Positions 48,210 to 60,200 of a stretch of 64,000 bases of DNA are shown here, piece after piece (positions within the stretch are counted from its first letter, which is position 1; the number at the start of each line of letters is the position of its first letter). The DNA comes from Azolla caroliniana (taxonomy: Eukaryota; Plantae; Polypodiophyta). Below the pieces are notes generated by a model. That model saw only the letters and a program-made list of their open reading frames with translations, was not told the origin of the DNA and searched no databases. The translations under genes were made by a program, and so were the position numbers. The DNA is taken from NCBI GenBank assembly GCA_043228905.1, contig JBHGNT010000017.1:12028001-12092000 (forward strand), in the 5' to 3' direction.

Positions 48210-50138
48210 CAGGACAACGTGTTTCGATTGCTTCTCCTGAAGCTTACGGAAGTTGATGTGGGCGATCCACTTGTGCCACAGGTCGATGTCTGACTCAACC
48301 TTCTACCCTTATGCAAACATAGTGGTGTCTACATCATTGGTTTCAAGGATGAACATTCTTCCATCCCAATGCCCTTGAGCAATAATCTGACCTTCGAAAT
48401 CGGACCTGCATTCCTTGATTTACGTTCAGGCTGACTGACACCAAGTTCTTGGTGATCGTTGGAACATGCAAGACGTTCCTCATGACCCCTTTCTGGCCGA
48501 CATGGCTCAGTGGGACATCTCCGATGTGCTCGATGGGATGTGGGTTGTCGTATTCGGTTTCGACTACCCTCGTCTTCTCAAGAAAGGAGAACCACTCTTT
48601 GTGATTTGAAGCTCCGGAGTCCACGTGCCAAAATTCTTCCGACTTCGACTCAGATACTCCCATCCAATTGGCCTTATGCTTCCTTACAACGGAAGGTCCC
48701 GATCCGGCTCTCTCCGAGCCTACGGCGAAGTGCGATCAATAACGCTTGTCTGCATCTTTCCGGCTCAATCCAGCTTTGTTCGAATCGGCTCTTGGCTTCC
48801 AACGTTGGCTTTCATTGTGGCCTTTCCAGGCATTGTACCAGCATTCTATGTCGGCCTTTCCTTGCCGATTTCCGGGGCCGGCTTGACTCCCCCTATTTCC
48901 GGAGGGTCCGAAATTGTTGTTGGCACCATCTTTGTGACTCCGATTCTACTCTTGTCGGCCGCCTGTATTGCGCCGATCCGCCTCAATCGCCACGACCACC
49001 AGTCCTCTTTGCCTTCGTGTACAACATCTTGTTGTTGGTGTGCAATCTCGCCGATCCACCCACATGGTTCTCCTCTACAAGGAGCGTCGACTGTAAGTCG
49101 AAAAACAAAGGCGTATTCTCCCTGGTACATACCGTAGTTTGGAATGCTACGAACTTTGACGCGACCTCCACCATCTAATCTTCCTTGACATTCACGTTAA
49201 TAGAGGCAAGTGAGTTGCAGATGTCTTTGAACTGGTCCGTGTAGCCGGCCACCGACATATCCTTCTGCCGGACATTGCGCAACTCCTATCGGAGTTGTAG
49301 CTTTCGGGTCGTGGTGCTTGCAGCAAAGACCTTCTTTAGGTTTCTCCAAGCTTCCTTGGGTGTCTTGGCGTCTTGGATATGGCTGAGCAGCTGGTTCCCG
49401 ACATTGGATGCGAAGTAGTATATCACCCTGCTTGCCGCTTGTTCCCAAGCCAGGAAGTCCCGGTGTGTCGCATCAGGTGTCGTATCATTCGCTCTGTCGA
49501 CATAACTCCAATAGTCATGGCCGAGTCGAGCATGTGCCAGTGCATCTTGTATGACCAAGATGCGTAGTTGGATCTGTCGAGCTTCTCCGTCGGGAGCGAG
49601 GTAGTCATTCCTCAGTCCATTCTCCTTCTTGTACTTTACTAGATGTTAGGGTTTATCTATGAGCGTCACTCGTCGGCAGTAGAGGATTCTCAACCCTCGT
49701 GCTCTGATACCATGTAAAAGATATTGTGTAGAAGCTAAGACAAAACCGGCTAGTCCGATAGTAGCAAAACACAGAATAGAGCTTTAATGGAAAGCTTGAA
49801 TACACGGGAGAGGCAGCGAGAGGACAGAACAACATAACCTCAATTCAAAAATAAAAACGCTTTGTGTATACAAATGTCCTACATAACACTTCTTATACAA
49901 CTCCTTAAAGGACTAACAGAAGTACTAACATGTACTTCAATGCTCATACGAGCAACTGACACTAACTCCAAGAAATATGCCTACATACTAGGCTCAGACC
50001 GTAGGCCTCCAACGGCCTACCGGTTCTCACTATTCCGGAGTATGATTCCGGTCTGGCTCTAGGTTCTTCGTTCCAGATGTGGATCTGGCTCTGGCTTATT
50101 CAGCTGATTCAAATCTAGTTGAGCTTGTCCGCTCAACA
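48210..50138 (-). mobile_element. 5' half of a degenerate Ty1/Copia (LTR, PBS, gag, protease, GAG-pre-integrase); same family as 1-1727 and 18690-20687
   Basis: LTR 49713-50138 (TG...CA), PBS TGGTATCAGAGC 49701-49712, EKLDRSNYASWSYKM, WHVDSGASNH, DLWHKWIAHINF. Confidence 0.92.
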
Positions 50139-50869
50139 TGTTGTCAAGATTAGTCCTCAGTGAGGGCACCAAAATAGTCCTCAGTGAGGGCACCAAAACG
50201 TTTTGCGTAAGAGTTTGCCTCTCAAAACCTTAGCACAATGCATCTAAAAACACACAAATCACATCATTATAGGGCACTATAACATCTATGAGTTTAAGAA
50301 AGAACACAAACACAAAAGGAGATGAATGGGTTTCACAAAGACAATCAATGAGGAAACATGAGGGGGGAAGATCTAAATCAAGAGTTGATAATATTATATA
50401 AATATAATTTCTCACTACATAAAAGAGGGTTCATAATATTTTATGGGTAGGAATCATAATCATCCAAGTACAACAAATAAGAGATTGGAAGTGACAACGA
50501 TATGTATCATAATCTATGAGAGAGGAAATGAGAATGAACATAAAGGAGATTAACAAGGTGGAGATAAAAAACTCACACTACATCAATAGAGATATTCTAA
50601 GGCTATCCTCAAACCTCCCACACTTATACTTATATACAATAGTGTTCTACATACCAGAACCTTCTAGAATACTCTACATTCTAGAATGACCTAGAATATT
50701 CTAGAATTTTCTATATTACTTATAAATAGGGATCCATCAATTATCCCAAAACTAAATTGGTTCAACGTCATTCTATAGCACTCTGTTGCCTACTTTTTGT
50801 AATCCATTTCACACTGCAATATAATATTTGACATCCGAAGACGATAATATAATCTATCTATCTATCTAT

Positions 50870-50871
<2 letters not shown>

Positions 50872-50921
<50 letters not shown>
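50872..50921. repeat. (CT)n microsatellite at the 3' end of the Tcn1-like LTR
   Basis: About 24 uninterrupted TC units. Confidence 0.95.
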
Positions 50922-50924
<3 letters not shown>

Positions 50925-50934
50925 TCTTGACATT

Positions 50935-50945
50935 TTGAACCAATT
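50935..50945 (+). promoter_or_regulatory. Putative self-priming PBS (TTGAACCAATT)
   Basis: Exact reverse complement of AATTGGTTCAA at 50755-50765, which lies 34 nt after the start of TATAAATA (50721); no TGG tRNA-type PBS. Confidence 0.72.
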
Positions 50946-53900
50946 ATTTTTTCATTTCTTTCTTTTCCTAACAAGTTCCCTTCTTCCTTCTCCTCTCCCC
51001 TCATAAGCTATGGAGTCCATGAGCAAACATGAATATATGCATGTTCTTTCTGAGCTCGACATGCTCACGAATAAATTTGTGGCATTAGAGCATGAAAAAC
51101 AAAGGCTACTTGGGGACCTACAACAAGTGAGCACCGAAAAAGCTCAACAATATGAATAGTTATGACAACGGGTTCACCAACTCGAGGCAACTATATTATC
51201 ATTACGAGAACAAGTGTCGGGGGCTCATAACCCCCCTAGAGAACCAAAGATTAGCGTCCCCATCAAATTTGATGGTACGAGGTCTTTACTTCGAGGCTTT
51301 TTGAATCAAGTTCGTTTGGTTATTCAACTACATCCCAATCGGTACCCAACTGACGTTGCTCATGTGGGATTAGTGGGAACTTTTCTATGTCGTATGACAT
51401 TAGCATGGTTCGCACCACTTCTCGAGAAGAAATCACTGTTGTTGGAGGATTTCAAGGCATTTGTTAAGGAGTTTCAAGCTAGTTTTGGAGACACAAACAA
51501 CATTAGGAGAACGATAAACAAGATTTGAATGCTCCGACAAGGAGATCGTCCCGTGTCGGCTTACGCAACTGATTTCCATCTCTTGGCATGCTATATCCCT
51601 TGGGATGACGCGGTCTTAATGGACCAATTCTGTGAAGGTTTGCGTAATGATGTCAAAGATCTTCTTACTTTCCATGAATATCCGAAGTCGCTTACAGAGG
51701 CCATTAGTTGAGCCGTGCGATGTCATAATCACCTATTTGAGCGACGTTCCGAACGCCAACAAATGTTACGCCACCAACTAGAATAGACTTATGTTTCTGT
51801 AGTCGCGACACCTCCACAAGTTTCTAGACCCATTACAAGGGATGGCCCAACTCCGATGGAAATAGAGACAACACAACGTCGCGCGCCTTTATCAGATGCT
51901 GAGAAGCAATGACGTCGAGCGAACCACCTATGCCTATACTCTGGAAGTCCATGAAATATAAACCTAGACACAAGTATACCAAGTGCATATGACAACCCTA
52001 CTTCGAGTTCAATTGTTACTTCTAATAACATAAGTAAGCATAATAGTCCATGCCATGAGAATAGATTCGATGTCTTGAGCCAATTAGAGGATTTGTTAAA
52101 CGAGTAAGTCCGGCCAAAATAGGAGCCATTTGGTTGAACCATCCTAGCTATGTAGTGTTAGTTCCTAGGCATGGTTCCATTTCATCAAATCGAGTTTTTT
52201 CTGCACAAGTCGAGCTTACCACATCTACATGTCACCAAGTCCTAGACTTGGCCCTCCCAACTCTTATTTCATGGATCGTGAATTTGCATTGTCACAAAAC
52301 ATCCTCTTGAATAAGCTCCCAACCCCAGTAGCCGTAGGAGTCCTTGACGGTTGTTCCATAGCATCAGGTGATATAGTTGAGGAGTTTGAGCAAATTCTGA
52401 TAGTTCTTGGCGATTTGGCAAGTATAATCTCTTTCAAGATTATTTGTAGTCCGGAACACCCAATAGTTCTAGGTCTCCCTTGGTTTGAAATCCATAACCT
52501 GAAAAATGATTGGATGAAAAGAACAATCGAGGAGACTCGGGAACAAAGAACAAAGCCTGCATCCCTCGAATCTTCGACATGTGATACTAGATCACCCGAG
52601 TTATCGACCATCTCTCTATGTCAGTCGCGTGAGGAAGGGGGAACGAAGCCATGTTCGTCTTTCCAATAGTAGCAACTCCATCATCCACTTTACATGAAGC
52701 AGTCATTAAACTACCAGAGAAATACAAAGAGTTCTCAGACGTCTTTGATAAGGTAAAGGCCAATACATTGCCGGAGCATCGGCAATGCGACTGCCCTATT
52801 GACTTACAACTAGGGAAAGAACCTCCATGGGGCCCAATTTATAATCTCTCCCTTATAGAGCTAGAGACTTTGCGGGAATATATTGATGAGAATCTGGCAA
52901 ACAAATTCATTCGGCACTCTAGATCCTTTGTTGGTACACCTATCTTCTTTGTTAAGAAAAATAATGGAACTCTTCGGTTAGTTGTGGACCATCGAGGGCT
53001 AAACAAAGTGACTATCCGGAATAGATATGCTCTATCGTTAATCCCGAATCTTTTGGAACATCTCAGTGGAGAAAAATATTTCACGAAGTTGGACCTTCGC
53101 ACTGCATATAACTAGTTCGAATTCATCCAGGGGATGAATGGAATATTGCTTTTCGCACCCGCTATGGACATTTCGAGTATACTATGATGTCACTCGGTCT
53201 CACGAATGAACCTGTAGTTTTCCAACACATGGAGAATGATATTTTTCGAGATTTTCTCAATATCTTCACTATAGTTTACATGGATGCCATTTTAATTTAC
53301 TCGAAGACCCAAGAGGAGCATGATGAACATGTTCGTCAGGTACTACATGAACTACGAGAATCTGGTCTCTACACAAAATTAGAAAAGTGTAGTTTCGGCC
53401 AGAATCAAGTGGAATTTTTGGGATATGTTGTATCATTAGATGGTATTGCTATGGACCCCATGAAGGTGCAAGCAATTTCAGAGTGGTAGACGCCCCTTTC
53501 AATGTGTGATGTGCAATGTTTTCTCGGGTTTGCAAATTTTTATCGGAAATTTATTAAAGATTTTTCCAAGGTCGTGCTTCCACTCACTCAACTCACACAC
53601 AAAAATCAGCCATTCATATGGAGTTCAGATGCAACCGAGGCATTTGAAAGCTTAAAACGAGCGTTTACAACGGCACCTATTTTAGCACATGTTGACCCAA
53701 CACAACACTTCATCCTTGAGGCTTATGCATCCGATTTTGCACTAGGGAGTGTCCTATCGCAAATTGGAGATAATGGACATCTACACCATGTCGCTTTTCA
53801 TTCCCGAAAGTTTGAAGCTGCAGAGATAAACTACGAAATCCATGACGAAGAACTTCTTGCAATTGTGGATTCTTTTCAACAATGGAAACAGTTTCTAGAA

Positions 53901-54238
53901 GGTTCTTCTCAACAGATAATTGTTTACAACGATCATAAGAACCTCACATATTTCCAAAATGCTCGAGTCTTGAGTCAGCGACAAGACCGATGGGCGCAAT
54001 TTTTTACTCACTTCTACTTTGTCATCATATATCGCCCTGGGATGCAACAAGGCAAAGTAGATGCTCTTTCTTGATGCTCTTATATGGAACTTCATCCAAG
54101 GGAACCTGCATTCGAGCATAAAAAACAAATCCTTTTGGGTCCTAATCGCCTACGATTAATGGTAGTTAATGTCCTAACAACTCTTGAAGATTCCACTCTT
54201 CTTGATTCCATTCGAGATCATATGGCCACTGATGAATT

Positions 54239-57200
54239 TGTTATTGCTAGGGCTGGACAACAGCCTAACACAGGGTGTCCACTTAAGACACGTCACCAAA
54301 GGGTGGTACGGCAGAATGACTTATGGCACAACGCTTAATTAGACCTTAATCGATTACTTAGCCATCCGTAATTAACACACATAAGATATAACAATGAATA
54401 CAAAACGGTAATCAACACTGGAAGATTAAGACAATAAGCTTTATTAATTATCCGCTCCTAATTACATTGTAACTGGGCCTTTATATAGGTCTCCGGTGCG
54501 AAATACAAAACAGTGCCAACCGGCACCTTTACGGGATCGTTCCGGCTCCGGATCGGCATACCAATTCCGGTCCGTCCGTCCACATCTTCTTATATAATAA
54601 TATATATATATTAAGACTACTAATTACAACAGTTCCCGAATAACTATTCCTTTCACACTCTAGTTTGGACCTCCTTAAGCCTTCTTGTCGGCCGGTAACA
54701 CATGGCACGCCCGTGGGACAGTACCTTGTATGTCAAACCCACTATCCGGCCCTTTTACGCTTCGTCCAAAATGTCCAGAATGCTTTGCTCCAAAATTTCC
54801 AATGGCTCGTCGGGAATCTGTTGTTGTTGTTGTGGTTGCTGCTATTGTTCCGTTTGTTGCTCGGGCACCGGCGTTTCCGTCGTTGGTTCCTCCGTCGGAG
54901 TTGTCTGTGGCTGACTGACCCTGGCCTGTTCCCCCTCCGGTCTTTGCACCGGCGACGGTTCCTCATCACTAAGGTTGACCGTTGCCGCCTTTCGTGCTTT
55001 TTCTTCCCGGAGCCGGGACCGCTCATAGCTTTCGATTAGGATTTGAACCTCCAGCCGATCGTCGTCCAGTTGAGCTACGAGCTGTTGGACCTACACCAAT
55101 TGTTCATCCGCCAGGGCTGTGAAATCCTCTGCCAGCTCATCCCTTATGGCGGTGAAGTCCTCCGAGGTCAGCATATAACAGTCGTCGCCCTCCTTTCGCC
55201 GGTTTTCCACGTCCACCCTAAGCAATTGGAGTTCCGCCGTATTCTGCGCCCATTTCGCCCACCAACGCACCGAGCTATCGTCAATCAAGCTTTTGGTTTT
55301 AGTGAGCCATGACCGGAGGATGCACTGGATCCGTTCGGCTCCCATCTATGATTTATTTTCTACGGCTTGTCGCTCTTCCTTCAATTGCTTGATGATCCGA
55401 ACCGTGTCCGCCTCCTGTTCCCTATAATGCGACAATTGATTTTGATAGGTTGTTTGCAACCTCTGTAATACCATTGTCGCTCTTTCCTTGTCTTCATGGT
55501 TTTGTTTGTGGAGCTCCATCTGGTCATTTGCCGCTTCCTCCAATAGCCTGGAACTTTTCGCTCGTTCTTCGGCCAGTGCTGTTGTGGCCCTATCAACTTC
55601 TTGCCGGAGCTCGGCCATCCGTTCCTGTTGTTGCTTATGCTCCGTCTCCAGCTACTTGTAGTCCCGATGCAGATGATCGAAATCATCGGTCTTTTGCTTC
55701 AGCCTTTGGTTGATCTAACGGCGCGCGCCGTCCTCCCAGTCCTTCTGTTGCCGGAGCTCTTCCTTCAGCCGCTCGATTTCCGTTTCCGCCATCCATCGCA
55801 GCTTGTCTTTTTCCTACAGCACTTTCTCTTTTTCCTCCTTCAACCGGTCGTAAGCATGATGTCCTTTACGCAGGTTTTCCTCTGCACGGCGAAGGTTCTC
55901 AACAGTCTTTCTTAATTCTTCTTCGGCCGCCTTCTTCAAGTCGCGTTCTCGGCTCCGTAATGCTTCTTGTGCGGCGAGCTCATCTCGTAATTCCGCAAGC
56001 TCTTGGGCTTGCACCACATCTTTCTCCGGGACAGTTTGTGTCTCCGGGGTCTTATTCTTCTGTACATCAACCCGAGTCACCGGTGCTTGGATCTGCGTTG
56101 CGGTTAAGGCCATTTTGGCCATATCTCCAGTGATCCGATCCAAGTCTTGTTCGAGGCACCGGATCCTTGACCAGGCCGTCTTCAATTCATCGGTTGTGAT
56201 TAGCAACCGTTCCGTTTGAGCTCTTTCCTCCGCCTCTATGCATCCGACTACTCCGGCAATTTGGTCTCCTATCCACCGAAGCCGTTGGCTGTCGGTGCAC
56301 TGTTGTTGCGCTAGCACGAAGAGTTGGCTGATGGGTTCACTCGCCGGTGGCTGGTCCCGCCGTTCTGCGTCAAGCTGCGCTTCTGGTTCTGCCAGCTGAC
56401 CACTTTGCCGTTCTGGCTTTGAGTGTGTTTCGGCTAGTCGCCCCTTGTCTGCTTGTTCTTGGCCGGCTGGGGCGATTGGCCTTTATCTCCGGCTCTTCGG
56501 TGACAGGGCTTGCCGGTGCTGCCTGTTGTGTCGGAACTTCTGTGAGCGGTTCCATCCGAACCGGTTCCGGTGCCTCCCTTAGCGTGGGTTGCTCAGCGTG
56601 AGTTGTGGGCGTTCCATCCTTCTGTGGGTCCGAACGCTTCTTGGTTGATTCAGCGGTGCTCTTCACCGGCTACCGCTGGAGGTGCTCCGTGGGTTCTTCC
56701 TCCATTTCTTCCGCCTGAGTCCCCGCATTCATTCTTGCCGCCAGGGTGCCCGTTTCCTGTTGCACCGGTCAGTGGAGTGGGCTCTTCAGGAGTCGTGCCG
56801 GTGTCTCCTCATTTGCATCCGTCGGCCGCTTCCGGCTGGCGCGCTCCTTCGCCGCCTTCTCTGCATCGGCAGTCTTCCCCTTAGTGGCCTTGGAGGCCAA
56901 CAGTTGTTGCCGTTTCGAAGCAGGTTTCGGGGTGCCGTCCGTTGCTCTTCCCCGCTTCTTGGTTTGCACGGGCTCGACCGGTGGTGCCAACAGGGTGAGC
57001 CATTGTGTCACCGCATGCCATATTTTCCGACCCTCCTTGCCATCCTTTCCTCTCACTATATCAATCGTCGTACACAGCCCGTCGGTGATCAGCACCGACC
57101 AATCTACCTTGACCCCTTCGTACGTTGCGATGATCAAGCCTGCTCGGTTCTGAGGCATAACGGGGGGTCGAGGGTACATGTGGCCGAACTCATGGAGCAC

Positions 57201-60200
57201 ACGGGCAATTTTGCGGAATAGCATATCTTCGCCGCCCTGTGTCCTGTAGCCCTTGCTGGCTAGAGAGTACTCACCGAAGTATTTGATGAGTTGCTCGGAG
57301 GTAGGATTGTCAATCGTGTAGATGCCTCCCTCCGGAAGGCCTATTAACGCACGGATCGCCTCCTCCGGGATCACCTTTGTGTCGATTTCTTTTATAATCT
57401 TTTCGGCTTCCTTGTGTGGCGCCGCCTCCATGATTGTTAAGAAACCCTCCAGACTGTGCTGTCGTAACCATTTCTTGGCGGCTTCAGACAGCGTTTGGCA
57501 GTCCATCTCTGTGTCGAGGTCGGAGAGCGTTGGAGAGGTTTGATGGAGGGGAGAATGTGAGAGAGAAAGTTCTGAGGGAGGGGGTTCTCTGTGTGCAAGC
57601 TCTCTACGATTTATCTTCACGCGTCGCTCTGCGTCTGTTCTCCTTGGTTTGCGATAGGAGAAGGTCTCGATGCATGGGGGTTTTTCTCTCTGCATCTTGG
57701 CGCCTTTTTCGAGCCTCCGCATGTGCAGGTCGTGTACTATAATAGCATTGCGTGCCATTTGGCAGTGGTTTAATGTCCTATTCATAGCTCCTCGTACCTT
57801 TTCGACGTGCCTCTTTACTCCTCGTGTGCATGGCCGTTTCCACCACTCCTTTCCATGATTTATTTGATTCACTCCTTTTTTTTATTTTTTATTTTTTTTA
57901 TTTTATTTTTTATTTTTTAACTTACTTGTGTGGTTATTTTTTCTCCAGTCCTGTCGGACCTTTGCCCGAAGCGTGCAACTTGCAGGCCTCTTGATGGTTT
58001 GCCGTCGTTCTGCTCTCCTCGGTTGCCGGCTCATGCTCCTCCTTACTGGCTTGGTGGTAGCCGTCGTCTTCACCAGTTGTCGTTATGGTTGGCCTGCCAG
58101 CGTCTGATTCGGTGGCGGCCTTTCATTCAAATGGGTTCTTAGGCATAGGTCCCTTGTATGGTTTTGGTCTAAATCGGTTGACCCATTTGCCCAGCACTTC
58201 TCCGGCAAGTGTCCCCAACTGGTAGGACCCATTGAACTCGCGTGTGATCCAGTACGGTCCAGTCCATCTAAACGGTAGTTTACCTGGCATTTTGCCCATC
58301 CGGGTCTGGAACACGAGTACCGGCTTGCCGGTTCCGAACATCTTTTCGTTTCCCTTCCGGTGCCGATCTACAAATGCTTTCCGTCTCTGTTGTTCCAATT
58401 CCAGGTGCATAATGCTCGCCAGTCGGTGTTCTTCCACTTCGCATAGAGCCTTTAACGGAATTGCCTCCGATTCCTTTTCGTTCAATCATTCCCGAATCTG
58501 AATCCGTAAGCTTGGTACCTGGAACTCGACCGGCATGACTGCCTCCAATCCGAATGCTAACCGGAACGGTGTTGTTCGGATGCTTGTTTTGTACGCTGTT
58601 CAATAAGCCCAGAGCGCACTGTGCAGCTTCGTATCCCAATCTGTCCTATTTTCATTGACGATCTTCCGGAGGATATTTTGGAGCGTTTTGTTCGTCGACT
58701 CAGCTAACCCATTTGCTTGCGGATAGTACGGTGTGCTTCGTATATGTACTACCACATAGAATGTCGTCAAACTTTCTACCACCTGTCCAAGAAAGTGCCC
58801 TCCTTGGTCACTTATCAGCTCTATGGGGCATCCGTACCGGTACCAAATGCATTCGTATAAGAATTTTGCCATTGACGCCGCGGTGTTGTCTCGTAGGGCT
58901 TTCGCTTCCACCCACTTAATGCAATAATCTGTCGCGACGATCACGTACCGGTTGCCGGTTCTCATTGCGGGTGGTTTAAATGGCCCGACGAAATCTAGCC
59001 CCCATTTCTGGAATGGTTCTAGTGGTAGGACTGGCTGGTGTGGCATCCGAGCTTGTTCCGTTGGCTGACCCATTCGTTGGCATAGATCACACTCCTTCAC
59101 ATACCGGACTGCATCTTTCAATGTGGTTGGCCACCATAGGCCACTTTGCCATACTTTCCTTGCCATCGCATCTCCGGCATAATGGCCTCTGGCGACTCCG
59201 TAGTGTGCCTCCCGTAGTATTACCTCCTTCTCATCGTTGCGCACCGCTCGTCGCCATATACCGCCCGCACCTTTGTGGTATAGCGTGTCTTGTAATAAAC
59301 AGAAGTGCCAGCTCTGTACGGCCACGCGTTTTCTCTCGTCCCGGTTCATCTCCTCCGGAGGCAATCCGGTACGCAGAAACTGGTGCATATTAGTTAGCCA
59401 CTTATCTTCTTGTGCCACCGTTTCATCTGTTGCCATTTCCATGGTGACTCGAAAAAGCTCTACATCCGGAAACTCGTCCGGTACTCCGTCACCTGTCTCC
59501 CCGGAATCTAACCGGCTTAGATAATCTGCTACCGCATGCTGTATGCCGGGTCGGTGGAATATCTCAAATTCGAACTCTTGCAACAACAAAGTCCACCAGG
59601 CCAACTTACCGGTAAGTGACGCTTTGGATACTAGGTAGAGGAGTGTCGAATGATCTACATGGAAGGAGAACTTTCTTCCCAATAAATAATGCCTGAATTT
59701 TGCTACACTATAGATCATTCCTAAAGTTTCCCTTTCCTTGGTAGAATAATTCCGTTCCGCTTGGGATAGCTTCCGGCTGGCATAGTATACTGGTCGGTAC
59801 CACCTTGGCTCGGTAAGCTGCATGAGCGCGCTGCCGATTGCGATATCGGAAGCATCCACGAACACATGAAACTCTTTACTCCAATCCGGAGGCTGCACTA
59901 CCGGTGCTTGTGACAATAACACCTTTAGTGCCCAGTATGCCTTGTCTTCGATGTCGGTCCATTGGAACGGTGTTCGATGTATTGCCGCATGCAGAGGTGT
60001 AGCCAGGTCTGCCAAATATCGGAGCATACGGCTATGCTAGCGGATTTGTCCTAGGAAACGGCTCAATGCCTTTGTTGTTGCCGTTGCCGGTGCTTCCCGG
60101 ATTGCTTTCACTTTGTCCGGATCTACGGCAATGCATTCCTTGCTCACTATATGCCCTAGTAGCGTTCCGCTGGACACTCCAAATACACACTTCGCCGGAT

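Larger units (their letters stand above)
50142..54238 (+). mobile_element. Tcn1/Tf1-like (chromovirus-type) Ty3/Gypsy: 5' LTR, gag, PR, RT, RNase H; interrupted at 54238 by copy D
   Basis: LTR 50142-50932 with TGTCAAGA...TCTTGACA; PIKFDGTR..FLNQ, LRQGDRPVSAYA, GPTPMEI, LGLPW, PPWGPIYNLS, LRLVVDHRGLN, NYEIHDEELLAIV. Confidence 0.9.
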
